Origin: Raja brachyura
Taxonomy: Eukaryota
Assembly: GCA_963514005.1 (NCBI GenBank)
Contig: OY740800.1
Span: 41,540,001-41,604,000, forward strand
Length of the DNA: 64,000 bases
Reading direction: 5' to 3'
This document shows, one piece after another, positions 51,801-64,000 of the stretch. Position 1 is the first letter of the stretch; every line of letters begins with the position of its first letter. The notes beneath the pieces were generated by a model. The model did no database searches. It saw only the letters and a list, made by a program, of their open reading frames with translations, and had not been told where the DNA came from. Both the position numbers and the translations under genes were made by a program.

Positions 51801-54049
51801 GTAGAGCACGGTATCCATGAAGTCATAAGCAGACGATTTAGATCAGGGTTTAAGCCCTGCTGCCCTTTCAATCATCAGTTATTTGAAATCAATGATCATA
51901 ACTCTAACACGGAGAACTGTTGGATATACTTGCCACATTGTATGTTTATTCCTTTATCTAACATATAAACAGATCAGATTTTTTTTCAATTCTTACCCAT
52001 TAATAATCTAAAAAGGACCTTCTATTGTTGTACAATATAATATTGCCTGGTCATTTTAAAACATGAGGGCCCTGCTATACTGCTGTAAGCTTTTTGTAAA
52101 AATATATATAGACACATAAAATGCTCAAGGCTGTTGGAAATAGCCAGATCACAGAGAGTATGCCAACGATAGACATCTAATCAGGTTGGAGAGGATGGAA
52201 ACACAAAATTATTATTTTTTCCTGATTTTAAAAATATAACATATCAAATATTATGACTGGCATCAAATATTCAACAATGTAAATTAAATCTAATTATCCA
52301 ACTCTCCACTCGTATTAATTAACACATCATTCATTTCTTCAAACTTTAGGTACAGCATGTTTTTCTATCTATTATTTTTGGACCGGATGATGTGACATCG
52401 CATAAGCCTCCTTCATTTCTTGGTTACTTTTGGGCAGGTTAAAAGAGGATTATATTGATATAAAAGTAGGTACAATCTCAAATCAATGTAGGAACATACA
52501 TTTTTCTTGTACATAACCTCGCTTTTCTCCTGTTTTATATCTAATCTTTAAACCTTTGCATAGAGGATTACCTCCACTTTCAAAGCAAATTTTCTTTCTC
52601 AAAAACATACAAAAAAGATTCTTATTACACCTCTGCATCACATGGTATATTTTCAATCAACTCTGTTACCGGAAATACACACTATCTTCATACCAAATCT
52701 TTTACTTTAAAAGTGATAGCAAATTTCATAAAACAGGAGAATCAATGATCTTTGTCATAAACAAGGGAATCAATAATCTTTTCCCAACAAATTTATGAAT
52801 GGATACGTAAAATGGAAAATAAGACTGAACAAAACATTCTTTGAAATGAAAATGGTGCCCATCAAAAAACAAAGCAAACGTGATTCTGCAGAATCGTTTC
52901 CCCACCAAAATTTAACTATCAATATACAAAATAAAATCTGTAATTAAAAATAAATCCATCTCTGGATATTCGTTGAGAATGCTATCCCACTGAGAAACTA
53001 AAGATTATCCCTAATTCCTGAGCATTTTGAAATAACGGATGTGTAGTGAGATATCAAACAAAATAGGAAGCATTGATGATGTCTTGTTACATTCCCTAGC
53101 AAATAATTTGCTTTATTTTCATGAAATATTTCGAATTTTACTAAATATTTTGCCAATTGCAATATCACATAAACAGCGATCGAGTGGCCAATCTACTATG
53201 TTTGTGATGATGTCAGCTGTGGAAAATATTGTGGTGTTTATACTCTGACATTGGGAAGCGTGTACAATTTCATTCGGTAAGATGTGACTATTGCAAAATA
53301 GGAGAAATCTAGAATTTTTATTTTTTTATGTCTTATTTATATTTTGAAGAATATTTAAAATCTTTCCAATTTTCTAAGCCATTCATAGAAAATAAGTACT
53401 CTTCCAAGGATGAGTGGGAAGGAGAGTTTTTTTCGATTTGTTTGCAAACGTATAAAATGGTGAATTTAATCATTTTGATGCATGCTGGCACATCATTACA
53501 AAGTGGCACTGTGACAAACATTACACACAAGCTGGCTGTATTTCTCTAAATAATTAAGGTTTGCAAGGTATCTTTGTTATCTTAATATACATCAATGTAC
53601 ATTCCATAAAAACATTCTATAGGAAAAACTATTATATACATTTTATCTGAATTCAACTCTAATTCATTATCTTCAAAAGAAAGTAAAGATATTGCACATG
53701 CTCAAAATCTCACAAAAGAAAGGATATGCTGGAAACATTAAGTCAGACCGCTTCTGTGGACATGGAAACGCCCATCTGTGACACTAGCTCAGTTTTTCTC
53801 TTGCTATTTGCATTGACTGATAAGATGGGCATGTCCTAGTGCTCTACATTTTGCAACTTTTATGTTCGTTTGTTAGTGTTTTCATTCGCTGACGGCCCTA
53901 ATTTCATAGATTTTATGTTCCTTTTGTTTAGATATTCTCTCTCTCTCTCTCATTGCCCTTGTTGCCCCCCACATTGACCAGATTACCTTGGTTACATCTT
54001 ATCCCAGTGGAAATCCTAGCCTGACTTTATCAGAGATATTCCTTAATCC

Positions 54050-54205
54050 TGTCCATCGCTCTCTGCAATTTAAAACCAACTTGTTTTCTGTCTTTCACAG
54101 CTAGGATGATGGGTCTTTGACCTTCAACATTAACTCAGTTTCTCTTTCCACAGGTACTGCCAAATCTGTTGACTGCTTCCAGCAGTTTCGGTACTCAACA
54201 GAATT
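54050..54205 (+). mobile_element. Older subfamily of the Penelope-derived repeat
   Basis: gatgatgggtctttgaccttcaacattaactcagtttctctttccacaggtactgcc. A related copy lies at ~59390-59560. Confidence 0.6.
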
Positions 54206-55970
54206 AAACAAATTCCCATTAGGACCATACTTTAGAACATATATAATGCTGAAATATAATCCAAATAAACTGAATAAAAACTCAACATTGCTACTACTGC
54301 CCAAACTGTACAAGTTCTGCAAGCCTTGACATTCTGTTTCCAAAACCTAAGCAAAAAATGTTTTATGCTATGCACTAATGGTGGAATGGCTATCTTCTGT
54401 ATCTATTGCTAATATTCAGTCTATGAAAGATTCCCACTGGATTCTATTCCAAGCAATAGAAGTCTCAAGGACTTAACATCAACTAATAACTTATTGGTCT
54501 TGACCTTTATATAATTTCAGACTTAACACATATCAAACGGATTAATCGAGCATAAAGCAATGCAGTGTTTAAAGTAACATTAAAACATCACCTATAATTT
54601 AAAAATAAAATTTAGAAGGAATGATTAATGTTTGAAAAGATACACTACATGGAAATGACTCTATTGTCCAAAATAATTAAAAACAATAGCTAAAAGGTTC
54701 TAATGATGATTTCTACTTTGTTGACAACAGTGTTAAAATACTGTCATGTTTCAATGTTTTCATTTTTTTGTAAATAATGAAGGAATGTCAATGGTGTGCA
54801 TCATTTAAAAAATAAATCTATTAGCAGGAAAGCAGTAAAATGTTCTAGTATAATCTTTCTCTGAAAACAAGCTATGATTCTTAAGTAAGACAATAACTTG
54901 AAGCACAGGTAAATAACCTCCTGAGGTGGTTTGGTATTCAAAACTTCAGAAGTTAAGAGGTTAGTGCTCTTGTGTATGGTACCCTGGATTGATAATTTGT
55001 TCAAAGTAGAAGAGCACCTGCTTAGAAAAAAACTAGCCGGCAATATCCAAGCTTTTTATACAGCTTTCTTCAATAAACTCTCCCATATCCTGAAGTACTT
55101 TCCACTTTCAAAAAGGCCATACCTGTGTATTCTTTAAGATGTTCAAGGATGTGGGTGCGCGCATGCACGTGTGAGTGTCCGATATTTTAAAATGTGGACA
55201 AAGCGCTTTTTGTTTTGATACTGATTGCAATTTAAATCTCTGAAAGGATTAATTGTCACTCTATTCCTTTTTGCATAGCGGTGCTGTCACTAGGATTTCA
55301 GTACAGCATTATTGTAGGCATGTGAACGTTTAATAAAATGTCCTCTTGAACTGTGAGAAACAATCAGCTGTATTGAATCTGTTCTTTCAGCTTTAGTATG
55401 GAATTAGACAGAAAATTCGAACACAACATTGAACACAGTGTTGTTGTTAGAAGAAATGGAGTAACGTCGTCACTATTTAATGATATACACAGTCATTTTA
55501 AGTATAACACAATTCTGCTTAAGGATAATTTCCTTAATATGTGCGTGTATGTATCACAACTGTCGCTCAACTGTCGATACAGTTAAGTTGCATAAAGGAT
55601 TTAAAATGCAATGCTTTTTAGCATTCGTATATTTAGATAGTAACAAATATTACACAAAAATTATAATGACAGGCTGAATATTCATCTCAAAGTTAAAATC
55701 CTGTCACCCTAAACCTGAAGAATAAAATGTTACTGTCACAACTTACACTTATTCACAGTGGTGTGGTTACCTTCATTCCTTTAAGTTTATCATTACTACA
55801 AATGCAACAGCTTTATTACTGATTGGTACTTTACAGTAATTCACAATGCTCCAGGATAGATAACTGACATTTTGAGTGTAGTGTAAGGAACATATATATT
55901 TATATTATAATTAATAACAAATATTTTACATTATTTGTAGTTTATACATATCAATATAATTGCTCCAACT

Positions 55971-56114
55971 GCAAAGGATACAATTTTACAGTTTATTTAA
56001 AATAAATTAGCTGTTTTCTGCAAAAAACTATGTACTCTAAGGTGTAAATTCTACAAAATCTAAGCTCTGTACGAAATTTTATCGTGTAAGGAACTGTAAA
56101 ATTGTATCCTTTGC
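55971..56114. repeat. Perfect 23-bp inverted repeat (hairpin element)
   Basis: gcaaaggatacaattttacagtt (55971-55993) / aactgtaaaattgtatcctttgc (56092-56114), 98-bp spacer. Confidence 0.9.
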
Positions 56115-57109
56115 TAATTACAAATCGCTAGTACATATCATAAGTTATATGTAACTTATGAAATGCCTAACTGCAGACAACTACATATCTATTTAGCAAT
56201 GATTGGAATTCAAAACAAATGCATACATTTTAAATTATTCAATCCATTTGTTATGTATTATAGAATCCTGAATGCAATATATACAGTAGCTAAACGACTT
56301 CACAGAGATATAAAATGATGTGTGAAAGTAGTATGGATTCAATGTGCTTCCTAATAGAACTCAACTGCCTGGACATTCTCTAGCAGCACGTGTCAACATT
56401 GCTGCTCCATTTTGTGATAGTGTTGTGAGGGCACTTCCCATTATACTGGGAACAAAGGCCATGGCCCAGAGGTCATAGTGTTATACTAGGAGTGCAGCTT
56501 TTCCATTGTCAGGGGCAGCACTGTTTGCTTTGTCTAGGTAAAGATTTGCTGATACATTAACCAAGGAGGATTAAGTATTATCCGTCTCAGGTTGCTACTC
56601 CCCATGCATCACATTACTGATGACTGCAGACCGTCACAGGTCATCTACACATCATTAAATGCTTGCTCGTGGTACCCTGGAAAGATAGCCATTCCTCTTC
56701 AAATAAAGTTAAAAGTTAGCAACTAATTTGCCTTATTAAATTAAAACACCCATAAAATGTGTATTTTAATCAGATGCATTTGTCAACTTTTCTTCTTAAA
56801 TCAATGTTATTCTCACCAATTATTTTTAACATGATCAGGTCAACTTTGTCATGCTCCCATTTTTTTTCACTGCTGTATTTATAGTTCACCAAATTTCAAT
56901 GCAAAATTGATAACCACATATACTGGTTGGTTCCATCTGTCGCTTACTCGTTTATGAGTCAAATTTGCTTGAGCGCCTGCAATAACCTAAAGAAAATTAG
57001 GCCACTAGCATCTTCCGAATATCCCCGGGAAGTGCCTGTGAGGAAGGCATGACACAGTGAGGGCAATTTGGCAGTAAGGTCAGCCAGTTTATGGCAGATA
57101 ATAAACACT

Positions 57110-57290
57110 ATCTGAGAAATAGCAAGAATCTTTGCTGTTCAATTTTTACAAATGTCATCATGCAGAAAGTGGCTCCCATGTTCATCAGCTACGCCAAATT
57201 ACTGCATTTCAAACCACTTCACTCTAGTTAATTGATTTTGAGATGTTACTGAGAGAATTGATAAAGTGTTATATAAATGCAAGTCTTGCT
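57110..57290 (+). mobile_element. Ancient Deu-domain SINE 3' tail relic
   Basis: ...actgcatttcaaaccacttca...ttttgagatgtt...gtgttatataaatgcaagtctt resembles the SacSINE1/AmnSINE1 tail. Confidence 0.55.
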
Positions 57291-57439
57291 TTTAATCCCA
57301 TTTAGGTTTATACCTACTTACAAAACTTTGTTAGAAACACATTGCACCTCACTTTTTTCCTGCACTTCCGCTTAATATTCCTGCTCCTTGCTCCCCATCA
57401 CATTCACCTTCTCCCCTCCTTCCTCGCACTTCACTATTC

Positions 57440-58255
57440 CCCTTCATGACTCTCTGGTCTATTCTTGTGTGTCCAAACCATTCTCACACACTTTTCCACG
57501 TAGCTGCAGGAGATGCAACACATTTTTTCCCCATCCACGAGCACAAACAGTCCCTCCAGTTGAAGCAAAGGTTTGTTTACATTTCTTCCAATCTAGTGCA
57601 CTGCATTCAATGTTCACAAAGTGGTCTCCTTTCTAATGGAGAAACTAAATGCATTTGGGGTGAATGCTTTACAGAGCACCAGCGAGCAGTCTATATGAGC
57701 GACCTGAACTTCCTGTTGCCTGCCCTGTTTAATTCTCCTTCCCAATCTGACTTTTTTGTCAATGGCCACCTGCACTGTTTCATGTCAGGTTGGGGGGGGA
57801 GATCCCCCCCGCCATGGGTACCATGTAATCCCGTGCTACCTGCTCCATGGTCGGATAGTCGGCGACTAAACCGTCTCCCCCACCTGGTTTGCCAGGTGAA
57901 AGGGGGCTCTGGACCCCCAGCAGGATCAAAAACAAGACCTGTCAAAGGGCGGATGAACTTCTAACGAGCCAACGGCCATCCACACTTCAGTAGAAGTTGC
58001 AATCACTGTTGTACATAACATTGTAAGGAATCATGATAAAGCACACACACCAAAATCCTATATTTCCAGTGGCAGAAGTCCGCAGGAACTGGTGGACAGA
58101 GATGTGTGGTGCGTTCATCACCGTTTCCGTTGGAAACCAGCACCATTGCGTCGCTAATGTTTTCAACGATGCTGACCTGCACTGCTATATCAGGATCAAC
58201 ATGAGCTTGTGAAAGAGAACACCATCTTCTGTCTGGGCAAACCGCAGCCTCCCTG
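57440..58255 (+). pseudogene. Penelope-like element GIY-YIG endonuclease relic, interrupted at 57778-58174
   Basis: QLKQRFVYISSNLVHCIQCSQSGLLSNGETKC..GECFTEH matches the PLE pattern NLIYCI.C..C..LYIGET.R.L..RF.EH. It resumes after the insertion (catcttctgtctgggc = IFCLG). Confidence 0.85.
57778..58174 (+). mobile_element. RTE-like non-autonomous retroelement with 10-bp TSD
   Basis: Flanked by acctgcactg (57768-57777, 58175-58184). Structured GC-rich head with ggcgactaaac and a short gat-like tail. The RTE assignment is inferred. Confidence 0.6.
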
Positions 58256-58399
58256 CGTTGGTTTTGTTTATATGAGAAATACCCAGATATGACACAGGTC
58301 ATTCACCTGTAATATTGGCTCTGTTCTTTCATTCTTCATTACCAAGACCTGACTTATTTCACATTCTTAATCTTTCTGCATTTCGCAGCTTTTACTTTA

Positions 58400-58494
58400 A
58401 TACACACAAAAAGTTGAAGTAACTCAGCAGGTCAGGCTGCATCTCTGGAGATCATGAATAGCTGATGTTTCAGGTCGGGACCTTCTTCAGACTT
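58400..58494 (-). mobile_element. Penelope-derived repeat (hammerhead-core family)
   Basis: gtaactcagcaggtcaggctgcatctctggag...gtttcaggtcgggaccttcttcagact. Confidence 0.8.
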
Positions 58495-58596
58495 TCCTTT
58501 CTTTTCCTACATTTTTACATTTTCAACCATTCCTTTATTTGTGTTTCTGCCTCTCTAACTGTTTGTATATCGGTGCTTTTACATTTTTCAGTACAT

Positions 58597-59377
58597 ATTC
58601 AAGTTCAAGTTCACATTTATTGCCACATGCACCAATTAAGGTTCAGTGGAATTTGATTTACCATGCAAGCACACAATCAAAAAGAGCACAATACACAATA
58701 GAATACAACATGAACATCCACCGCAGTGGAATCAACATTCTTCACTGTGGTGGAAGGCAATAACGCTCAGTCAGTTCTCCTCCTTTGTTCATCCGTGTTC
58801 GGTGCCCATGAACCCTCCGCTGTTGCCGCTACGGACAGCCTGATGTACAGGCCCTCTCATCGGGATGCTTGTAACTCCGACGTCGGGACGGACGGACATT
58901 CCGTGGCTTGGAGGTCCCGAATCGGCCACTTCCTACCACGGCTTCACGATGTTATAGGCTGCAGGCCGGCGGTCTGAGATCATCTCCGGCTATTCCCGGT
59001 GTGGGATCTCAGACTCCGCGATGGAAAGTCTACGCCGCGCCCATGGCTAGAAGCACCGCAGACCATGGCTTCAGGATGTTATAGTCCGCAGGCCAACGAT
59101 CGGAGCACTTCTTCTGGTGATCCCCGGCAAGGGGCCGCCCGGCTCCGCGATGGAAAGTCTGCACTGCACTCTCTGCTGAAGCTCTGAGCCTGACTCCGGG
59201 AGGGGCCCCACCAATCCAAGATGTGAGGCCACAGGGGAGGGCGAAAATGCAGCCCCCCCCCTCCCCTCCCCCCCCTCACTGAAACACACCGAACACACTT
59301 TTAGACATAATAAAACCAAAAAAAAGTCGAAAGGACGAACAACTGCTAGCGAGGCTGCCGGCTCACGGCGCCACTCC
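58597..59377 (-). mobile_element. GC-rich SINE-like element with Rex1-type tail
   Basis: The minus strand starts ggagtggcgccgtgagcc and ends ttccactgaacc...gtggcaataaatg(tgaact)n. Internal repeat ctccgcgatggaaagtct occurs twice. Related to 3157-3920. Confidence 0.75.
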
Positions 59378-60384
59378 TATCGATACCTGACCAACTTGTT
59401 GGCAACTTAAAACTAACTCGATTTTCTCTTTTTCCCAGTTCTGACAAAGGATCTTTGACCTGAAAAAATAACCCTGTTTCGGTTTCTGGAGTTGCTAGCT
59501 AATCTGTTGAGCACTTTCAGCATTATCTCTTTTTATTTCAGATTTCCATCATCTGCATTTTTTTGATTTACAAAAAATGGATGTGCTTTTGAGATAAAAA
59601 TAGAACATATATTTCCTTAAAAAGTGTTGCTTCAAACTGGAGCAAAATAAATTCTGTCTGATAAAGATGAACTTCCGAATCTGAATGAGCAAGCATTAAA
59701 AATAAGATTTTAAAAGAGATTTTGCTTAAAATCTGAATGGCTCAGCAAACAAAAGGTAATTTGCCCCTTCAGGTCTGTAAGTATATTTTTCCATGTAAGT
59801 CTCAATCTTATTTTAATTCAACTCACTTCCAATGAGAATCAATATTCCTATTTTGCAATTAGTTTATTCCTCAGCCTGTTAAATATAGATTTTGCTACAA
59901 AAACCATGACAAAGAATTTGAACTACCATCTTTTAAAAATATAACCATTTATTTTGTAATAATCATAATACTTTGCAATATTCATTCAAAAGCCTCTTGA
60001 CGTTCTCTGCTCGAGCTAAATGTTCTCTAACCATCTATCTATATTGCCAGGAATTTCATCTGACTTTATCTTTACTATGTTCATTCACTGGAATTGCTAA
60101 ATTATCCAAGCCAACCTCTTACTCTTGTAAATCCTGTTCAGGTGTTGTATCAAATATTTTACTCCTGTCATCTCCAACTATTTGTATGAAGTTTCAATAA
60201 TTAATTGTTTCCTCTCTGATAGCTCTAATTGGCTGAATTCTAATGTTCCCAGAGTTATAATCCACCTCAGTGTTGGTGCAGGCTCTGGAATCTGAATGGT
60301 CTATTCCCGTTCCAAATACTTGTCACAGTTCAGTGGTAAATTGTAAATTGCTTTTTAAAAATAACTTTGGTTGTATTATTTTTC

Positions 60385-60542
60385 CAGGAATTTGATGATT
60401 CTTGATTAGTAAGGGTGTCAAAGGTTACGGGAAGAAGGCAGGAGAATGGGGTTGGTAGGGAAAGATAGATCAGGCATGATTGAGTGGTGGAGGTAGACTC
60501 GATGGGCCAAATGGCCTAATGCTACTTTTATGACTTATGAAC
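60385..60542 (+). mobile_element. CR1 LINE 3' tail
   Basis: aagggtgtcaaaggttacgggaagaaggcaggagaatgggg...gggccaaatggcctaat...ttatgacttatga. Confidence 0.85.
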
Positions 60543-62039
60543 AGGGTCTTTTCGTCATTGCTGCTGAATTGGTTTGGGTAATAATTTCCTCATGTATTTG
60601 GATTCTAATATTTTACCAGATACTTTACCAAATAAATGAACACTACATCCATCTTTGTAGCCTAGATTGTCTTCCAGTTGAGTTAACTGCAGTTTCAAGA
60701 TGACGTCTAGGTAGCTGGGATGATACTTTAGTTTGATAGAAAATTCACACAAATGCTAGGGCAGGTCTTCCAAAGCCATTCTGACAGTTAGACCAGTTGC
60801 TGCCAACTCTTTCCATCTGTTCTGCTTGATAGTCAGTATTCGGCTACAAAGAATGATATAGTGTTATTTTGTATATAAATGGACAAAATTATGGACACTT
60901 CCTTGTTACAGGTTGCAATCAAAATAACAAAAATTGCCATTGGTAATCTGCATGTAGACTGGCTTGACAAAATAGATTTAACGGTCCAGTCAGACCATTA
61001 AACAGTTCGAGAGAAATATAATTACTAAAGTTTTGTTCAATGTTGACATTCTATTTTAATTGCACTCAATAAAGTTGATTACCTCCAGTTCCTTTGATTA
61101 CCCTAACAACAACCAACTCAATTTTATAGATGCAATAATGTAAAGCACACAATTATAGACAACCTGAAAAAATTAAGAGGATGTTATCCAAATTGACAAA
61201 TTAGCAACATACAATACTGGAATTTATTAGATGATTCTATTAAAACTGGGGTAAACGTAATCCAAACCCAATATATATTAATACATATATAAACATTGAA
61301 ATAGTGGCTTTAACCACATTAACACTCAACCTAAATATCTGTGTCAAAGTGAATCAGTTACAATGATTATTCCAGTCTGCACAACCTATATCAAAATCTT
61401 GGGGGCATGGATAGGAAATATGTAGTGAGAAATGGTAAGGCCAAGATACAATAGATATTTAGGCAGCAACACAAACCATGGAATGTAGAAGCTGCAAAAT
61501 GCAGAGCAATAGAGAATGCGAAACAAGTCAGTTCTTGCTGATGGGCAGAAAAAAAAAGTGCCAATATTACAGGTGAATGTAACAGGTTGATATGTCTGCT
61601 TTATTTCCGGAGATTTGACAGGTAATATAAGTTAAGAAATGTTTCATGTCAAATAACCTCTTACTTTATTAATGCATTTTAAGTTTACTATGATTTATAC
61701 TTCAAATGTCTCTCAGACAATTCAATTTTGTATCAATTCATTGCAACATATTAATGTCAATAGCCTAATATTTTCCAGTTTACCGTATGTAACAAGTTAA
61801 AATACACCATTACAGCATGAAACAAAAATGTCCTCTGAATCTCTAAAAACGTCATCACCACTAGTTTATCATTGTTTGGCCAACCCACCAGAATAAAAAA
61901 GTACCAAGTAATGGATGTTCTTTTCCTGAATATTTCTGGCATGTCACTCAAATATCTGGAATAGGAAGCAATACCAAGCCATCAATGCATTGGGGGCATC
62001 TTGCCTGCATTTTAAAGAGAACAAGCCCTTTGTAACTAT

Positions 62040-62110
62040 AGAAACGTTGCCTATCTCCTTCGCTTCTTAGATGCTGCTGCACCTGCTGAGTTTCTCCAGC
62101 CTATTGTGTA
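62040..62110 (+). mobile_element. Truncated Penelope-derived repeat with 14-bp TSD
   Basis: Flanked by ccctttgtaactat (62026-62039, 62111-62124). Starts at gaaacgttgcc. Confidence 0.85.
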
Positions 62111-62249
62111 CCCTTTGTAACTATGATCATCGTAAAAATACAAGTACTTAGTAAAAGTTTTGATGCCTGTAATTGTAATTTAAATCTGGTTCAATTAAAA
62201 AGGGACTTACCCTGTATAAATGTAGTTAATTTGTATTCCATGACCTTAA

Positions 62250-62815
62250 TGGGGCTGTCCCACTTAGGCAATTTTTTTGGTGACTGTCATAGTCGTAGCA
62301 GTCGCCGAAAAATCAGCGACTGGACCCCCCTACGACAATGTCTATGACAACCAACCTCCTAGTCAACGTCAAGCTACGGCAACTTACCGACAACTGGCGA
62401 CCCATTAGCACGTTCACCTACAACCTCATCTATGACAAACTACATCCACCCGCGATAAGCTATGACAAGGTAAGACAATTCAGTCTCCGGTAACTGTCAC
62501 CGGTTAATGCAGGTAGTCGCCAATGGAATTCACCGGTCAGCACCGGCGTCAATCTATGCATTCCTGGCGACAATCTATGTAATCTTGACGACAACCTACG
62601 TCATCCTGGCGATAGCACCTACGTCAGGCTACGATTGTTGGCATCAAGCCCACGGGTGCCGACTCGCCGAAAAGTTTCGAACAATTCAAAATCCAGTGGC
62701 GACCAGAAAAAAGGTACGACTCTTTGGGCGACTGAGGAGACCATACAGGCGACACCCCGGCGACAGCCTAGTCACCTGTAGTCGCCTAAAAAATCGCCTA
62801 AGTGGGACAGGGGCA
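62250..62815. mobile_element. PIF/Harbinger-type MITE
   Basis: TIRs ctgtcccacttaggcaatttttt / aaaaaatcgcctaagtgggacag, TAA on both flanks, internal cgacaa-rich repeats. Shares sequence with 40700-41027. Confidence 0.9.
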
Positions 62816-64000
62816 TAAGTGCCTTTAAAAATATTTAAATGTTGACTGATCCATCATGGATTTATTTACTGTGGTTATCTTTATTATATCAGTTTGCTTT
62901 AACACATATCATTCGACCTGAACAATTCTGGGCCTCAAAGGGATTCAGATCTTGGTGCACATTGCTATTTTCAGGCAAGCTGTGCATTTTTTAAATTGTT
63001 ATTTATAAAATAGATTAATCATGTTGCATTAAAGAGTTGACTACAAATATTTCAACAGTTGGGCAACAGTTACCAATAGTTTAGCATATACAGTAAGAAA
63101 ACATCTTTGTGGACAAGATGCTTTTTAAATTTATGAAATCAGCTTACCATTCCACAGAGTATATCCTCGAGAAAAAAAATATTTACAGCTTATTCTGGTT
63201 ATTGATTCATGTATGCAGCAAATATCTTGTCATCAATTAATATTTAAGTTGTTTGTTATCAAATTGAATATAAACTATTACTGCATAAGTTATGACCTTA
63301 ATAAACATATTTCAGTGAGATTGAAGGTTTTCATGTGCTATATAGACGGTTGTCTAAGATTACAGCTATCAATTCAAAGGAATTTTTTTAAATAATCTTT
63401 ACTATATCAAAGTATTATTCATGGAATGTACTTGAGCAAAAGAGGTTTGCAATTGCTGGGTTGCATGCAAAATAAATGTACACGTAAAGTAAAATACTTC
63501 TATTGTTTTACTGAAATCTCCTATGATGATCCAAAAGCTATCCAGCTTGATGTCTCTGAAGAGTCCAACTTGTTATCAGCTGCACAACAACAATTCAAAC
63601 AATGTAAAACTAGTAGCAGTGAAAAAAAATCTGCATAAACAGAGCCTAGTGAAGAACGCAGATTTAACAATAAACAAAACTTCAAACCCTCTCAACAATT
63701 CCCGATAATTTTCAAAGAATTATACTGCATATATTACTTCCTCGTAATTTAAAGGTAGTGCTCAAGAAAAGTTCACAACAGTAAAAAAAAAAGTAGACCT
63801 ACCTTAGCAACACTTTCCTTAACTGCTCTTAGTGTAGAGAAATATATTGGACTTGGTACTTAAAGTAGTAGCTATTTTAACTTTATCTATTTGGTTGCTT
63901 TACCAAATCAGTTTTGGAGGGAACACTAATATTTTCCTATGTTCACATACACAAACAGTGGAGTATGGTTACCCAAGTGACCTTCTAAATACTTTTTTGT

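Noticed and set aside
1-64000. The many short ORFs in the supplied track as host genes or a prokaryote-style operon/defence system
   Set aside because: The DNA is vertebrate and intron/intergenic-like. The ORFs are short, overlapping and motif-free, or are explained by TE relics.

Overview
AT-rich, repeat-dense vertebrate DNA, not prokaryotic. The repeat set (HE1/V-SINE-like tRNA-SINEs, CR1, Rex1/Babar, Deu-domain SINE relics, Penelope-derived short repeats) points to a cartilaginous fish, probably a skate or ray (inference). I find no host protein-coding exon that I can support. Every recognisable coding stretch is a transposon relic: a full-length but dead IR/DR-type Tc1 (2877-5279, DD34E), CR1 ORF2 ends, a Rex1/Babar end, a Penelope GIY-YIG endonuclease and a highly decayed PIF/Harbinger (transposase plus Myb/SANT). 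A nearly repeat-free block at ~41.1-52.1 kb holds a probable minus-strand promoter and alternative first-exon cluster (~44.9-48.8 kb) of an unidentified gene with a long first intron. The most notable observations are: (1) an abundant short Penelope-derived repeat with a minimal hammerhead-ribozyme core, found with 14-15 bp TSDs and as fold-back copies; (2) a candidate HDV-like ribozyme at the head of an RTE-like insertion; (3) a TIR- and TSD-bounded 4.3 kb unit enclosing host-like DNA; (4) a GC-rich non-tRNA SINE-like family with Rex1-type tails. There are two assembly gaps (3435-3574, 45451-45643). All family calls come from visual motif recognition, not database searches, and the edges of decayed repeats are approximate.
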